From NCBI GenBank assembly GCA_963845675.1, contig CAWJSX010000003.1, positions 88,807 to 152,806 on the forward strand: 64,000 nucleotides of DNA, written 5' to 3'. The position numbers were made by a program, and so were the translations under genes. The notes beneath the pieces are model-generated. The model was not told where the DNA came from. It did not search any database and saw only the letters and a program-made list of their open reading frames with translations. Positions 33,146 through 43,179 of the stretch are shown in pieces (within the stretch, counting starts at the first letter, position 1; every line of letters starts with the position of its first letter). Source of the stretch: an uncultured Actinomycetota bacterium (GTDB lineage: Bacteria; Actinomycetota; Actinomycetes; Actinomycetales; CAWJMD01).

Positions 33146-34323
33146 GAGAGCAGGCTCGCGGCGAGGACCTCGACGAACGTGATGTCGGGCTTCGAGACGC
33201 CGAACACCCTGGCGCGCAGGTGAGTTCGCTGGGCCCAGGCCAGGTGCGGCTTCGACTCGTTCATCTTGTTGCCGTACATCGAGGCGGAGACACCGCCCTG
33301 TCCGGCGGTTCCGAGGATGTCGAGGGCGTCCTCGTACTCCTCGTGCGTGACCACCTGCAGCGCGTGGACCGCGCTGACGTGCGTCGGGTGGATCACCGTC
33401 TTGCCGGTCAGGCCGTTGGCCTTGTCGAGCTCCACCTCGCGGATCAGACCGTCCATGTCGCGCGAGATCAGCTGCGCCCGTAGCTCGGGGGCCTTGTGCT
33501 GCTCGAACAACGTCTGGCGCAGGCGTGGCTTGAAGACGCGTTCGCCGCCGCTGAAGTACTCCCAGACCGGACCGGTGATGACGAACCCGGTGCCGTCCGC
33601 GCGGCCCAGACGGTTGACGATGTCGGTGATCACCGCGGCGACGACGCGGACGTCGTAGACGGTGAGCTCTCGAGACCGCCGCAGGCCGTAGACGGCGGAG
33701 AGGTCCGTCGCGCCGATGCGCACGGCGAGCACGTGCGAGCGCCGGCTGTTCAGCACCGACTGGCACCAGGAGAGCGCCTGCATGCGCGTCTCCTCGTGGG
33801 TGATCTGGCGCGACTCCATCACCGGCATCGCGAACAGCCGGTGCCCGTACCGGGACGAGGCCTCCGCGATGGAGTCCAGGTACGCCAGCCCGTTCTCCGG
33901 TCCGAACTTCGGGAGCACGAACCCGGTCAGCGAGGCGACCGCGGGGCCGAGTCTCTCGACGAGGTCGAGGACCTGCTCCGGGCGGCGGACCCGTACGAAC
34001 AGCAGTGGCGCCGGCGAGGTCGCGTCACGGTCTGCGCGTAGGGGGCCGTGCAGGTCGGTGATGGCCTCGACCACGTTCTTCTCGCCGAGCTCGACCTCGG
34101 TGTCGGCGATCGCGTCCTCGAGGCAGAGCACCATCGAGACGGTCCCGCGGGCCGCCTGAGTGCGCACCCGAGCGGCGAGGTCTGGGTGGGTGGCGGGCGT
34201 GTACAGACTGGCCCCGAGGGCGGTCGCCAGCAGCGGGGCGTCGGCGTCTGCGCCGAAGGGTTCAGGCTGCTCCGCGAAGATGCGTGCCCTGGTGGGCGCG
34301 CTGAGGTGGGCGAAGTGCTGCAT
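33142..34323 (-). CDS. HpcH/HpaI aldolase / citrate-lyase beta-like C-C lyase (ter-associated)
   Basis: ORF 33142..34410 trimmed to ATG 34323 (MQHFAHLSAPTRARIF...). Intact at 393 aa. TIM-barrel lyase motifs are MVLCLEDAIAD, VRIGATDLS and GKTVIHPTHV. It is the first gene of the GTGA-coupled operon. Confidence 0.8.
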   Translation of the reverse strand: MQHFAHLSAPTRARIFAEQPEPFGADADAPLLATALGASLYTPATHPDLAARVRTQAARGTVSMVLCLEDAIADTEVELGEKNVVEAITDLHGPLRADRDATSPAPLLFVRVRRPEQVLDLVERLGPAVASLTGFVLPKFGPENGLAYLDSIAEASSRYGHRLFAMPVMESRQITHEETRMQALSWCQSVLNSRRSHVLAVRIGATDLSAVYGLRRSRELTVYDVRVVAAVITDIVNRLGRADGTGFVITGPVWEYFSGGERVFKPRLRQTLFEQHKAPELRAQLISRDMDGLIREVELDKANGLTGKTVIHPTHVSAVHALQVVTHEEYEDALDILGTAGQGGVSASMYGNKMNESKPHLAWAQRTHLRARVFGVSKPDITFVEVLAASLLS

Positions 34324-34535
34324 GGGGACTCCCGGAGTGGCCGAGACCGTCCGCACGTGCCCGCGCGGAGGACGGTCGCATTCTGCCTCAGCCGGAGAGC
34401 GGCGGCACACCGCGGTGCCGCAGAACCGTCCGAAGCGGACGCCCTACCCGGTCCGCGCGGCGGAGGTGCGACGCCTACCCGTGCACACGAGCAGCAGGTC
34501 CTTCGCCGGACGGTGCAGCGGCTGGCCGGCCGGGC

Positions 34536-37345
34536 TCATCGGTCCCCGGCGCTCGACGGGTGGGTCCCCAGGGTGCTGCTGACGTCGCCGAGGCGCGCCA
34601 CGAGGGCGGCCCTCGTCCGCACGTCGAGCTTGTCGAACGCGCGGGCGAGGTGCGACTCCACGGTCTTGGGGCTCAGGTAGAGCCGTGCGGCGATGTCCTT
34701 GTTCGTGAGGCCCTGCGCGACGAGCTCGGCCACGTCGCGCTCGCGAGCGCTGAGAGAGGGGACGCCCTGGGCGCCAGGGGACGTGCGTCCGCCGCCACGT
34801 CCGATCCGGCGACCCAGGCGTCGGAGCTCGCGGACCGCCTCGTCGCGCACGCCCGTCGCCCCCGCCTCGGCCGCCGTCGTGGCTGCCGACTCCAGGTGGG
34901 CCACGGCCGTCTCACGGTCGGTCCCGACGACCGCGCGACCGGCCACGACGAGGGAGCGGGCGACCTCCAGCCTGGCCCCCACGGACTCCGCGCGGTCGGC
35001 AGCCGAGACGGCGAGGTGGTGCGCCGCCTCGCGATCACCGTCCGCGAGGGCCACCAGGGCGTGGGCCCGGGTCGCCGCGGCCCACGGACCAGCCAGACCG
35101 ATCCCCGCAGCGTCCACGGCACGTCGGGCGTGCTCACGGGCCGCCTCGGAGTCGCCCACGTCGAGATCCGCCTGGACGAGCCACGGCGCCCAGCGACAGA
35201 CCCAGCCGGGGTCGATGTCGTAGTCGGACAGGCCTCGTCGTCCGCCCTCGCTGTCACCCCTCGCCACCAGGACGGCGCCCGTGCACGGCTCTCGAGACGG
35301 GCACGTGCCAGGAGGCGTCGACGCGCCCCGCCAGCGTCAGGCTCTCGCTGACGGTGGAGAGCGCGTCGTCCAGCCGACCTGCCTCCAGCAGCGACCACGA
35401 GCGCATCCACAGGGCCCACTGCACGGCCTGGTCGTTGCCGGTGACGCGCGACGCCTGCTCCGCCAGGTCCGCGGCCTCCACGCACCGCGTGATGCGTCCG
35501 AGCAGCCCCAGCGACAGCACCACGGCCAGCTCGAGCGCCACCGCGGCCGACCCGTTGCCGCTCCGCCGTGCAGCGGCCGCCGCGCGCTCGCCGGTGGACA
35601 GGGCGTCGTCCAGCCGTTCGAGCGCGATCGAGACTCCACGGGACGGCCACCAGGAGGCCGGAGTGGGCGACCAGCTCGGCGTCCGTGGCCCCTTCGACGG
35701 CGGTCACGGACCTGTCGGCGCCCGACGCGGCCTGCTGGGTCCGTCCGTCGAACGCGTCCCCGACAGCGGCCAGCGCGGCGGCCGCACCGTGGACGAGCGG
35801 GGGTGCGCCGTCGACGGCCAGCGTCGCGCGTGCCCAACGCGTCATGTCCGCCAGGTCGGTCGTCTCGTAGGCCGACAACGCGAGGTCCACCATCAGGCGG
35901 ACCGCGGCGGGGTCCCCCGCCGTGAGCTCGTCCACCGCCCTGCGGAGACGGCGCCGAGCAGCCCGATGGCGACCGAGAAGGCGCTCGGCCCCGGCGGCCG
36001 ACGCGACGAGTGGCACGGAGGTCGCCCCGGACCCGACCGGTCGGCCGACGCCCGCCGTGGCATGGTCGACGACCCGCAGGGCCTCCTCGAGGTCTCCTGC
36101 CTCGACGAGCGTCTCCGCCAGCTGCACGTGATCGTCCCCGGCTGCGGGGTCCACCCGGTCCGCGACGAGGAGCCAGCCTGCGGCCATGCTCGGTGGCCTG
36201 GGACGGACCTCGGCCGCGGCCCTGCGCAGCGTCCGCGCCGAGTCGACGTCCCCCGGGGCGGTCACCAGCGCGAGGTGTCGCGCGACGGCGGCAGCCGGCG
36301 CGCCCGAGCGGGACAGCTGGGCGGCGGCGCGATCGTGCCCCTCCAGTCGCTCGCTCGGCGAGAGCGTCTCGTACACAGCGGTTCTCACGACCGGGTGACG
36401 GAACGAGAACTGCCGGGCATCCAGCCCGGGCGAGAGGAAGGAGTGCTCGACGAGCTCGTCCAGCGCGGGCAACGCCTCCTCGAGCCCGAGACCGGCCGTC
36501 GAGGCGGCGCGAGGCCGAGGTCGAACGGGTCACCCAGGACGGCTCCTGCCTTGAGCAGGGCGCGTCCAGCCTCGGGAACCGCCTCGACCCGGATCACGTA
36601 CCAGCGCGCGGACCCCACCGGGGACGCCCTCGGCGGACCCCGCCCGGACCAGCTCCTCGATCAGCATCGGGTTGCCTCCGGCCTCCCGGTAGAGCCGGTC
36701 ACGGTCGCCGGCGTCCGCGAAGGAGGCCATCAACGGCTCCGCGTCGTCGCGCGACAGGGGGCCGACGTCCATCACGGTGCCCACACCCTGGGCCCGCATG
36801 GCCACGATCAGCCGGTCCGCAGCACCACCGGGTCTCAGCCCGAGGGCCAGGAGGTGAGGAGCGTGAGGCGGACGTCGGACCAGGTGCTCCAGGAGCTCCA
36901 GGGTGGCCGGGTCGGCCCAGTGAACGTCGTCGACGACGAGAGCGACCGGCGACCGCGCGGCGAGGTGCTGCAGGTGGTCCACCACGGACCGGTAGACGCG
37001 CCACCGCGTGGCTGCCGGGGCCGGCTCGGGACCGTCCGCCTCCAGTGAGGACTGGTCCACCGTGTCCGCCAAGGCCTCCAGCACCGCGGCCAGTGGCACG
37101 TCGCTCTCGAGCTCGGTCGCGCGTCCGCGCAGGACCGTGAAGCCCCGTGCCGCGGCCGCGTCACCGAGCACCGTGAGCAGGGACGTCTTGCCGATGCCCG
37201 GCTCTCCCCGGACGACCAGCCGGCGTCGCCGTCCGCGGGCCACCGCGTCGACGAGCGTGTGCACGACGCGCAGGTCGTCGGAGCGCCCCACCATGCCCTG
37301 CTCGGACACCGGCCCCTCCTCGCCCGTCCACCCGACCGCCAGCAT
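34536..37345 (-). pseudogene. LAL-type (large ATP-binding LuxR-family) transcriptional regulator, three frame breaks
   Basis: N-terminal AAA/NB-ARC-like domain with Walker A VVRGEPGIGKTSLL and VALVVDDVHWAD (ORF 36530..37444). Central helical repeats are in ORF 34673..36472 and 35254..35541. The C-terminal LuxR HTH is LSARERDVAELVAQGLTNKDIAARLYLSPKTVESHL (ORF 34536..35267). Breaks lie near 36500, 35620 and 35270. Confidence 0.8.
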
Positions 37346-37461
37346 GCCCGTCCCCCATCCGGTCTGACCAGGGATCAGGGAAACGCCGGATGTTCCAGCG
37401 CGGCCTGGACGGCAGTGTCGTGCACGCCGAACCGGCACAACCACATCCGCTGGAGGACCCC

Positions 37462-37929
37462 ATGAACGCCGTCACGACCACCGCCACCGCGCCCGGTCTC
37501 GCGTCCGCGCGACGCCACAACCTCTCCGTCTGGACCGAGTCGGCGCACCACATGTACGCCGGCAGGGTCGACGAGTTCCTCGCCTGCTGGACCTCGGACG
37601 CGACCTACACGGTCGCCTACCCCGTGGCGGGTCTGCCGCCGTCGGTCACGGGCCACGAGGCCCTCCGGGCGGTGTTCGGCGGGCTCACCAGCCTGGCCCG
37701 TGAGATCCACGTGCACGACGTGCGCTTCCACCAGACGGACGACCCGGACGTGGTGTTCGTCGAGGAGCGGATGATCGCGGTGCTGCACAACGGCTACCGC
37801 TACGACAACCGCCTGATCCTCCGCGCGACGTTTCGCGACGGCCTCATCCACGAGGTCTTCGAGTACTACGGCCAGGTCGCGCACCAGGAGCTCGTTCGTC
37901 AGGCCGGGCTCGTGCCCGACGCGTCATGA
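37462..37929 (+). CDS. NTF2-like (SnoaL/PhzA-B-like) protein
   Basis: ORF 37390..37929 trimmed to ATG 37462. Small alpha+beta cone pattern (VDEFLACWTSDATYTVAYP...FVEERMIAVLHNGYRYDNRLILRATFRDGLIHEVFEYY). Family call is tentative. Confidence 0.6.
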   Translation: MNAVTTTATAPGLASARRHNLSVWTESAHHMYAGRVDEFLACWTSDATYTVAYPVAGLPPSVTGHEALRAVFGGLTSLAREIHVHDVRFHQTDDPDVVFVEERMIAVLHNGYRYDNRLILRATFRDGLIHEVFEYYGQVAHQELVRQAGLVPDAS

Positions 37930-38636
37930 CCGCGCTCCACGGGCCAGGGCTCACGGACGTGCGCATGATGCTGGTGGCCCACACCAGCTTCCGTCGCGAG
38001 CTCGCGCTGAGCCCTTCCGCCGTCAGGGGGGTGGGCGACGGTGACCGGCGTCGCGCGTCCGTCGTGGCCGACCACGTCGACCTCTTCCTGTCCCTGCTGC
38101 ACCACCACCACACCATCGAGGACGAGCTGCTGTGGGACACGTTGCTCGAGCGGGTACCCGGCGAGCTGGCGCCCCTGGTGCGGACGATGGAGAGCCAGCA
38201 CGAGGCGGTGGCCGCGTTGCTCGAGCGGGCCGGGCGCCGGCTCGCCGCCTGGCGCGAGACGGCCGACGTCGCGGACGGCGAGGCCCTGGCCACGGTGCTG
38301 GGCTCCCTCGTCGTGGCCCTGATGGAGCACCTCGACTGCGAGGAGCGGGACCTGCTGCCGATCATGGCCCGCCACATCACGGCGCAGGAGTGGGAGGTGT
38401 TCACCGCCCGGGGGATGGAGTCGATCCCTCGCTCGATGATGTTCCTCGGCCTCGGGATGATGCTCTACGAGGGCGACCCCGAGGTCATCGCGGGCGAGAT
38501 GGCCGCTGTCCCAGCGCCCCTCAGGGTGGTGCTGCCGACTCTGGGACGCAGGGCCTTCCGCCGGTACGCGCGCCGGGTGCACGGTACGCCGACCCCGCGG
38601 ACCGGGACGGAGCTCAGGTCGTCGATGGCGGTCTGA
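37926..38636 (+). CDS. hemerythrin (HHE cation-binding) domain protein
   Basis: ATG 37926 overlaps the upstream stop (ATGA). Motifs are MMLVAHTSFRREL, LLHHHHTIEDELLW, MESQHEAV and LMEHLDCEERDLLP, matching the His/Glu ligand spacing of hemerythrin-like domains. Confidence 0.7.
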   Translation: MTALHGPGLTDVRMMLVAHTSFRRELALSPSAVRGVGDGDRRRASVVADHVDLFLSLLHHHHTIEDELLWDTLLERVPGELAPLVRTMESQHEAVAALLERAGRRLAAWRETADVADGEALATVLGSLVVALMEHLDCEERDLLPIMARHITAQEWEVFTARGMESIPRSMMFLGLGMMLYEGDPEVIAGEMAAVPAPLRVVLPTLGRRAFRRYARRVHGTPTPRTGTELRSSMAV

Positions 38637-38694
38637 GCGACGACGCGACGTGGCCGTCCCCGGACGGGGTCCGCCACGTCGTGTCTCCGTCAGG

Positions 38695-39660
38695 TCAGCG
38701 CGCGCGTCCTGCGGGCACCGTCCGCCCCGAGGCCCACGGCAGGTGCCAGCCGTAGGCCGCGGCGACCTCGGACTGCTGACCCACGAGGTACTCGGCCTCA
38801 CGGCGCAGTACGAGGGTCCCGCCCACTCGGTGGATCGACGCCAGAGCGCACGTCCCCGTGCCCGCGGGCGCGTGCGGGAAGCGCATGTCCACGGTGACGC
38901 CGTCCCGGAGCTCGGCGGTCAGGCCGATCCCCAACGCGTCCCACTCCGGCTGCCCCGAGACGGCGTACGCGAAGACCAGCATCCGCTTCAGCAGGCCGAT
39001 GTGCTTGAGGCTCGCAGTGAGGGTCTCGCCGTCGGTCTCGCTGCGGGGTCCCAGCCGCAGGACCGTCGACCCGTGCGAGCGCGCAGCGTCGGCGCCCCCT
39101 CCGAGCGACTGGATCACGCCCGTGACGCCGTCGTTCATCTCCCACAGGCAGCCCAGGTGCACGTCCGTGCTCCGTCGCAGACCCGCTGCGGCACTGCGCG
39201 GGTCGGTCGGGAGCGTGGACCAGTAGAGCGTCAGGTGCAGGGCCCCGCTGCTGGCCTGCTCGTCGCCGATCCGCACCGCCGGAGTGGTCTCGGACAGCAT
39301 GGTCCGACCCCGTAGCACCGTCACCTCGCGACTGAGCACCGGTGTCGTCACCGGCGCCTCACCCGGTCGATCGGTGCGAACGCCGTGGGGGGACAGGTCG
39401 AGCGAGAGGTTCCCCGTCCGCACCAGCTCGGGGGAGGTGCGTCGGACCGGCCGGCGGCGGCGGAGGAAGTCGAGGGACGGCGTCTCAGGTGCGCGCACGG
39501 GGCGGCGCGTCGACGCAGCAGCGGGGGCAGGCGGACGTGTCGACGCGGGAGGGGGCACGGGGGCCGCCGTCGGCGCAGGCACCGGCTCGCGCGACGCCGC
39601 CGGTCGTCGCGATCGCCGACGGATGAAGCCGAGGTCCGGCGGGTCGGGCGGGAGCGTCAC
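38695..39660 (-). CDS. TerD-domain protein, TerA-like (divergent) with Pro/Arg-rich N-terminal region
   Basis: Intact 321-aa ORF. The C-terminal 200 aa show a TerD-fold-like pattern (VHLGCLWEMNDGVTGVIQSLGG...ETLTASLKHIGLLKRMLVFAYAVSG...). It overlaps the downstream terD start by 4 nt. Assignment by pattern and context. Confidence 0.55.
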   Translation of the reverse strand: MTLPPDPPDLGFIRRRSRRPAASREPVPAPTAAPVPPPASTRPPAPAAASTRRPVRAPETPSLDFLRRRRPVRRTSPELVRTGNLSLDLSPHGVRTDRPGEAPVTTPVLSREVTVLRGRTMLSETTPAVRIGDEQASSGALHLTLYWSTLPTDPRSAAAGLRRSTDVHLGCLWEMNDGVTGVIQSLGGGADAARSHGSTVLRLGPRSETDGETLTASLKHIGLLKRMLVFAYAVSGQPEWDALGIGLTAELRDGVTVDMRFPHAPAGTGTCALASIHRVGGTLVLRREAEYLVGQQSEVAAAYGWHLPWASGRTVPAGRAR

Positions 39661-40235
39661 CGGCCCAGGTCCACGCCGTAGTCCTGCGCGATGCCCTCCA
39701 GGCCCTCCGCCCAGCCCTGGCCGACGGCGCGGAACTTCCAGCCGGCACGGTGCCGGTACAGCTCGCCGAAGACCAGCGCGGTCTCGCCGGCGCAGTCGTG
39801 GGACAGGTCGTAGCGCGCAAGCTCCGTCCCGCGGTCGAGGTCCGTGACCCGGATGTAGGCGCCCTTGACCTGCTGGAACGTCTGACGACGTGCCTGGGCC
39901 TGGTAGATCGACACGGCGAAGACGATCTTGTCGACGTAGTCAGGCACCCGCGTCAGGTCGACCTCGACCTCCTCGTCGTCGCCCTCGCCGGAGCCGGTCA
40001 CGTGGTCGCCGGAGTGCGTGACCGCGACGTCCGGGGAGGCCAGCTGGTTGTAGAAGACGAAGTGGGCGTCGTTGGGCACCCTGCCGTCGGCGCCCACCAG
40101 CAGCGCGGACGCGTCAAGGTCGAACGGGTCCCGACCGGTGCTCGGTGCCCAGCCCAGCCCGACGAGCACCCGCCGGAGCTCCGGGTTGGCTTCGGTGAGC
40201 CCGATGTTGGCCCCCCGGGCGAGCGCTGTCGACAT
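39657..40235 (-). CDS. terD: TerD-family stress protein (second copy)
   Basis: Intact 192-aa ORF: LARGANIGLTE...VGLGWAPSTGRDPFDLDASALLVG...GDHVTGSGEGDDEEVEVDL...IVFAVSIYQA...[20 protein letters not shown]. Confidence 0.9.
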   Translation of the reverse strand: MSTALARGANIGLTEANPELRRVLVGLGWAPSTGRDPFDLDASALLVGADGRVPNDAHFVFYNQLASPDVAVTHSGDHVTGSGEGDDEEVEVDLTRVPDYVDKIVFAVSIYQAQARRQTFQQVKGAYIRVTDLDRGTELARYDLSHDCAGETALVFGELYRHRAGWKFRAVGQGWAEGLEGIAQDYGVDLGR

Positions 40236-40291
40236 GCGCCCAGGCTAACCAGTCGCCCTCGTCGCACGGTCGGGTAGGCGAGACTGCTGAC

Positions 40292-41226
40292 ATGACGACG
40301 TCGCGCGACGAGCGCCCCCGCGTGGCCGTGGCCACCTACACCTCGCTGCCGCACCTCGACGACGACGGTCCCCGGCTGCTCGAGGCGCTGTCCGGAGCCG
40401 GTGTGGACGCCGAACCCGCGATCTGGGACGACGCCCGCGTCGACTGGCACGCCTACGACCTCGTGCTGCTCCGGACGACCTGGGACTACATGCTGCGCCG
40501 CGCCGAGTTCATCTCGTGGGTCCGGTCCCTGCGCGAGGTCGCGAACCCGGCGGACGTCGTCGAGTGGAACACCGACAAGCACTACCTCGACCAGCTGCGG
40601 TCCGCCGGTCTCCCCGTCGTCGAGACGGTGTTCCTGGAGCCGGGGAGCGAGTGGGTCGAGCTGGACCTCGACTGCGCCGACGTCGTCGTCAAGCCGGTCA
40701 TCAGCGCCGGTGCGACGCACACGGGACGGTTCCCGCTCGGCGACCCCGCCGCCCGCGCCCTCGCCGAGCGGCTGCTGGGCGAGCAGCGGTCCGTGATGGT
40801 GCAGCCGTACGTCGACGCCGTCGACACCGAGGGGGAGACCGCCCTGCTCTACCTCGGCGGACGGTTCTCCCACGCGGTCCGCAAGGGCGCGCTGCTCGAG
40901 GGCCACGGGGAGCTGCCGGTCTACAGCGAGCACACCTACACCGAGGTCATCACGCCCACGCAGGCCACCTCGACCAGCGTCCCTGGCCGAGCGGGTCCTC
41001 GCCGCGGTGCCCGGCGGCGCCGACCGACTCACGTACGCGCGCGTCGACCTGGTCACCGGGCCCGCAGGGGGAACCCCTGCTGCTGGAGATCGAGCTGACC
41101 GAGCCGTCGCTCTTCCTCGAGCACGCCGACGACGCGTCCGTCGCGCGCCTGGCAGACGACGTGGCCGGCCGGGCCCGCGAGGCACGGGAGAGGGTCGCCC
41201 GGCGTCGGGCCCGCGAGATGCACTGA
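40292..41226 (+). pseudogene. ATP-grasp domain protein (ter-associated), two frame breaks
   Basis: ORF 40292..41098 (RVAVATYTSLPHLDDDGPRLLEAL...VVVKPVISAGATHTGRF...VMVQPYVDAVDTEGETALLYLGGRFSHAV). It continues as LAERVLAAVPGGADRLTYARVDLVTGPAG in a second frame and as EPLLLEIELTEPSLFLEH... in the frame of ORF 40516..41226. Breaks lie near 40980 and 41068. Confidence 0.7.
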
Positions 41227-41228
41227 CG

Positions 41229-41769
41229 CTAGAGGTCGAGGTCGGACCGCGTGAACTTCGTCGCCAGGAACTGGCCCTGGTTCGTCAGCTGCTGGGCGTC
41301 GCCGGCGTAGATCGCGGTCGCGTACTCCTGCGCACCCTCGCCCAGCAGCCTCAGCTGCTCGAGCAGGTCCTCGGCGGGAGTTCGTCCGAGCCGGTTGCGG
41401 TGCGTCGCAGCGAAGTCCGGTGGAAGGGCCAGGAAGGTGTCCACGGTCGTCGGAAGGTAGTCGCGCACCATCGACCGGACCGGGATCATCTCCGTCTCGG
41501 TCGCCGGGTTGGCGCGCAGGTACCGCAGCAGCGGCCGCAGGACGTCCTCGACCTCGCGGACGGCGGGCACGCCGCCTTCGGGCATCCGGTCGCCGCCCCG
41601 GTTGACCCGCCGCACCAGGTCGGTCAGCTCGGCGCTCGAGCACCTGCGGCCTCCGGCGCCGAGGGCGTCGAGGCTGGCGGCGTCGGTGGCGACGGAGGGC
41701 GGCGGGCGGCGGCGCCGCCTGCTGCGGCGGCTCGTCGCGCCCGAACAGCCCGGACCAGAACGACGACAT
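41229..41769 (-). pseudogene. hypothetical protein translationally coupled to telA, one frame break
   Basis: ATG 41769 overlaps the corrected telA stop (TGATG): MSSFWSGLFGRDEPPQQAAPPPAA.... It shifts near 41695 into the frame of ORF 41229..41615 (...AELTDLVRRVNRGGDRMPEGGVPAVREVEDVLRPLLRYL...). No family recognised. Confidence 0.45.
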
Positions 41770-43020
41770 CAGACCCCGGCAGCCGGTGGACCGCCCTCGC
41801 TCTGGCTCGCCGCACGCGACCGCTCCAGGTAGGGCTTGGCCCGCTCGACCTGCTGCTCGAGCGCGCCGACGGTGGCGGCCATGCTGGTGACGGCCTGCGC
41901 CTTGTAGGTGTCGATCGCGTCCATCGTCGCGAAGACGTTGTCGAAGGCACTTCTGCAGCGACTCGATGCTCACGGCCGAGCTCGCGGCCTGCTGGTGGAT
42001 CGCCGTGCCCTGCTGCTGCAGCATCGCCGACGTCGACTCGATCATGCTGCTGGTCGTCGTGTTCAGCGCGTTGATCTGGTCGAGCACCAGCTTCTGGTTG
42101 GCCAGCGCCTGGGCGACGATCACGGCCGTCCGCAGTGCCGCCACCGTGGTGGTCTGCGCGCGGTCGACCCCCTTGATCAGCTCGAGGTTGTTCTTCTTGA
42201 CCAGGTCGAGCGCGAGGTATCCCTGCACCGCCACGGCCATCTGCGTGAGGATGTCCTGCCGGCGCTGGCGGATCGGGAACAGCGCGTCGGAGGTGATGGT
42301 GTTCGCCTCCTCCGTCCGTCCGGCCGCCTGGAGCTCGCTGACCTTCGCCTGGGTCGCCTGGTCGAGCGCGGCGGCGAGGGTCGCGTACTCCGACAGCTTG
42401 CCCATCAGGGCCCACATGTTGGCCCGCTCGCTCTCGATCGCCGCGTTGTCCTTGCGCAGCTCATCCTGTCCGGAGGCGAGCGCCTTGATGATCGCGTCCA
42501 GCTGGGACTGCGCCGACTGGTACCGGTCGAAGTAGGCGCGCAGCTTGTCGCCGCCGGGCAGGAAGCGGAAGATCCTGCGGACCCCGCCGAGGTCGGAGTG
42601 GCCCGGGTCGAGCTCGGTCACCGTGTGGCGCAGGTCGCTCAGGCTGGTCGCGACCTTCGCCTGGGCGTCCCCGCCCTGTCCCCTGGCGCCGGCCAGCGCC
42701 GCGGCGGGCCGCTCCAGCATCCGGTTCGAGACCTGGCTCGACTCCCGTACCTCCCGCTCGCCCATGGAGGTGATCGAGGCGATCTTCCGGCTGAACTCGG
42801 GGCTGCGGACGTCCACCGACACGAGGTCGGCGACGAACGCGGCCGCCTTCTGCTGAAGCGCCGTCTGCTGCTCGGGCGCGACCGGGATCATCCCCGCGGC
42901 CTGCTCGTCCTGGACGACGGGCACCGGCGCCGGTGGGGTCAGCACGAGGTCGGTGCTCGTGGCGCTCGCGGTCGTCGTCGGTGCCGCCAGCGGCGTGCTG
43001 AGGTTCAGCGGGTCGGACAT
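41769..43020 (-). pseudogene. telA: TelA/KlaA-family toxic anion resistance protein, one frame break
   Basis: The N-terminal 355 aa of ORF 41053..43020 (…SPEFSRKIASITSMGEREVRESSQVSNRMLERP...LRKDNAAIESERANMWALMGKLSEY...) have the TelA coiled-coil pattern. After ...AVSIESLQK the frame shifts near 41955 to AFDNVFATMDAIDTYKAQAVTSMAATVGALEQQVERAKPYLER..., with the stop at 41769..41771. Confidence 0.8.
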
Positions 43021-43179
43021 CTGCGGTACCCCTCCTGGTGGCCTGCGGCAGACCTCGTGGTCGGCTCGTCCACTCTATGGGCGAACGGCTGCGGGCCGAC
43101 CGGGGTTCCGGTGTCGTGTATCGGACGGGCGGTCGAGCTCCTCCTGACGGTGGGACGACCCCCGGACCGAGGAGCTCAG

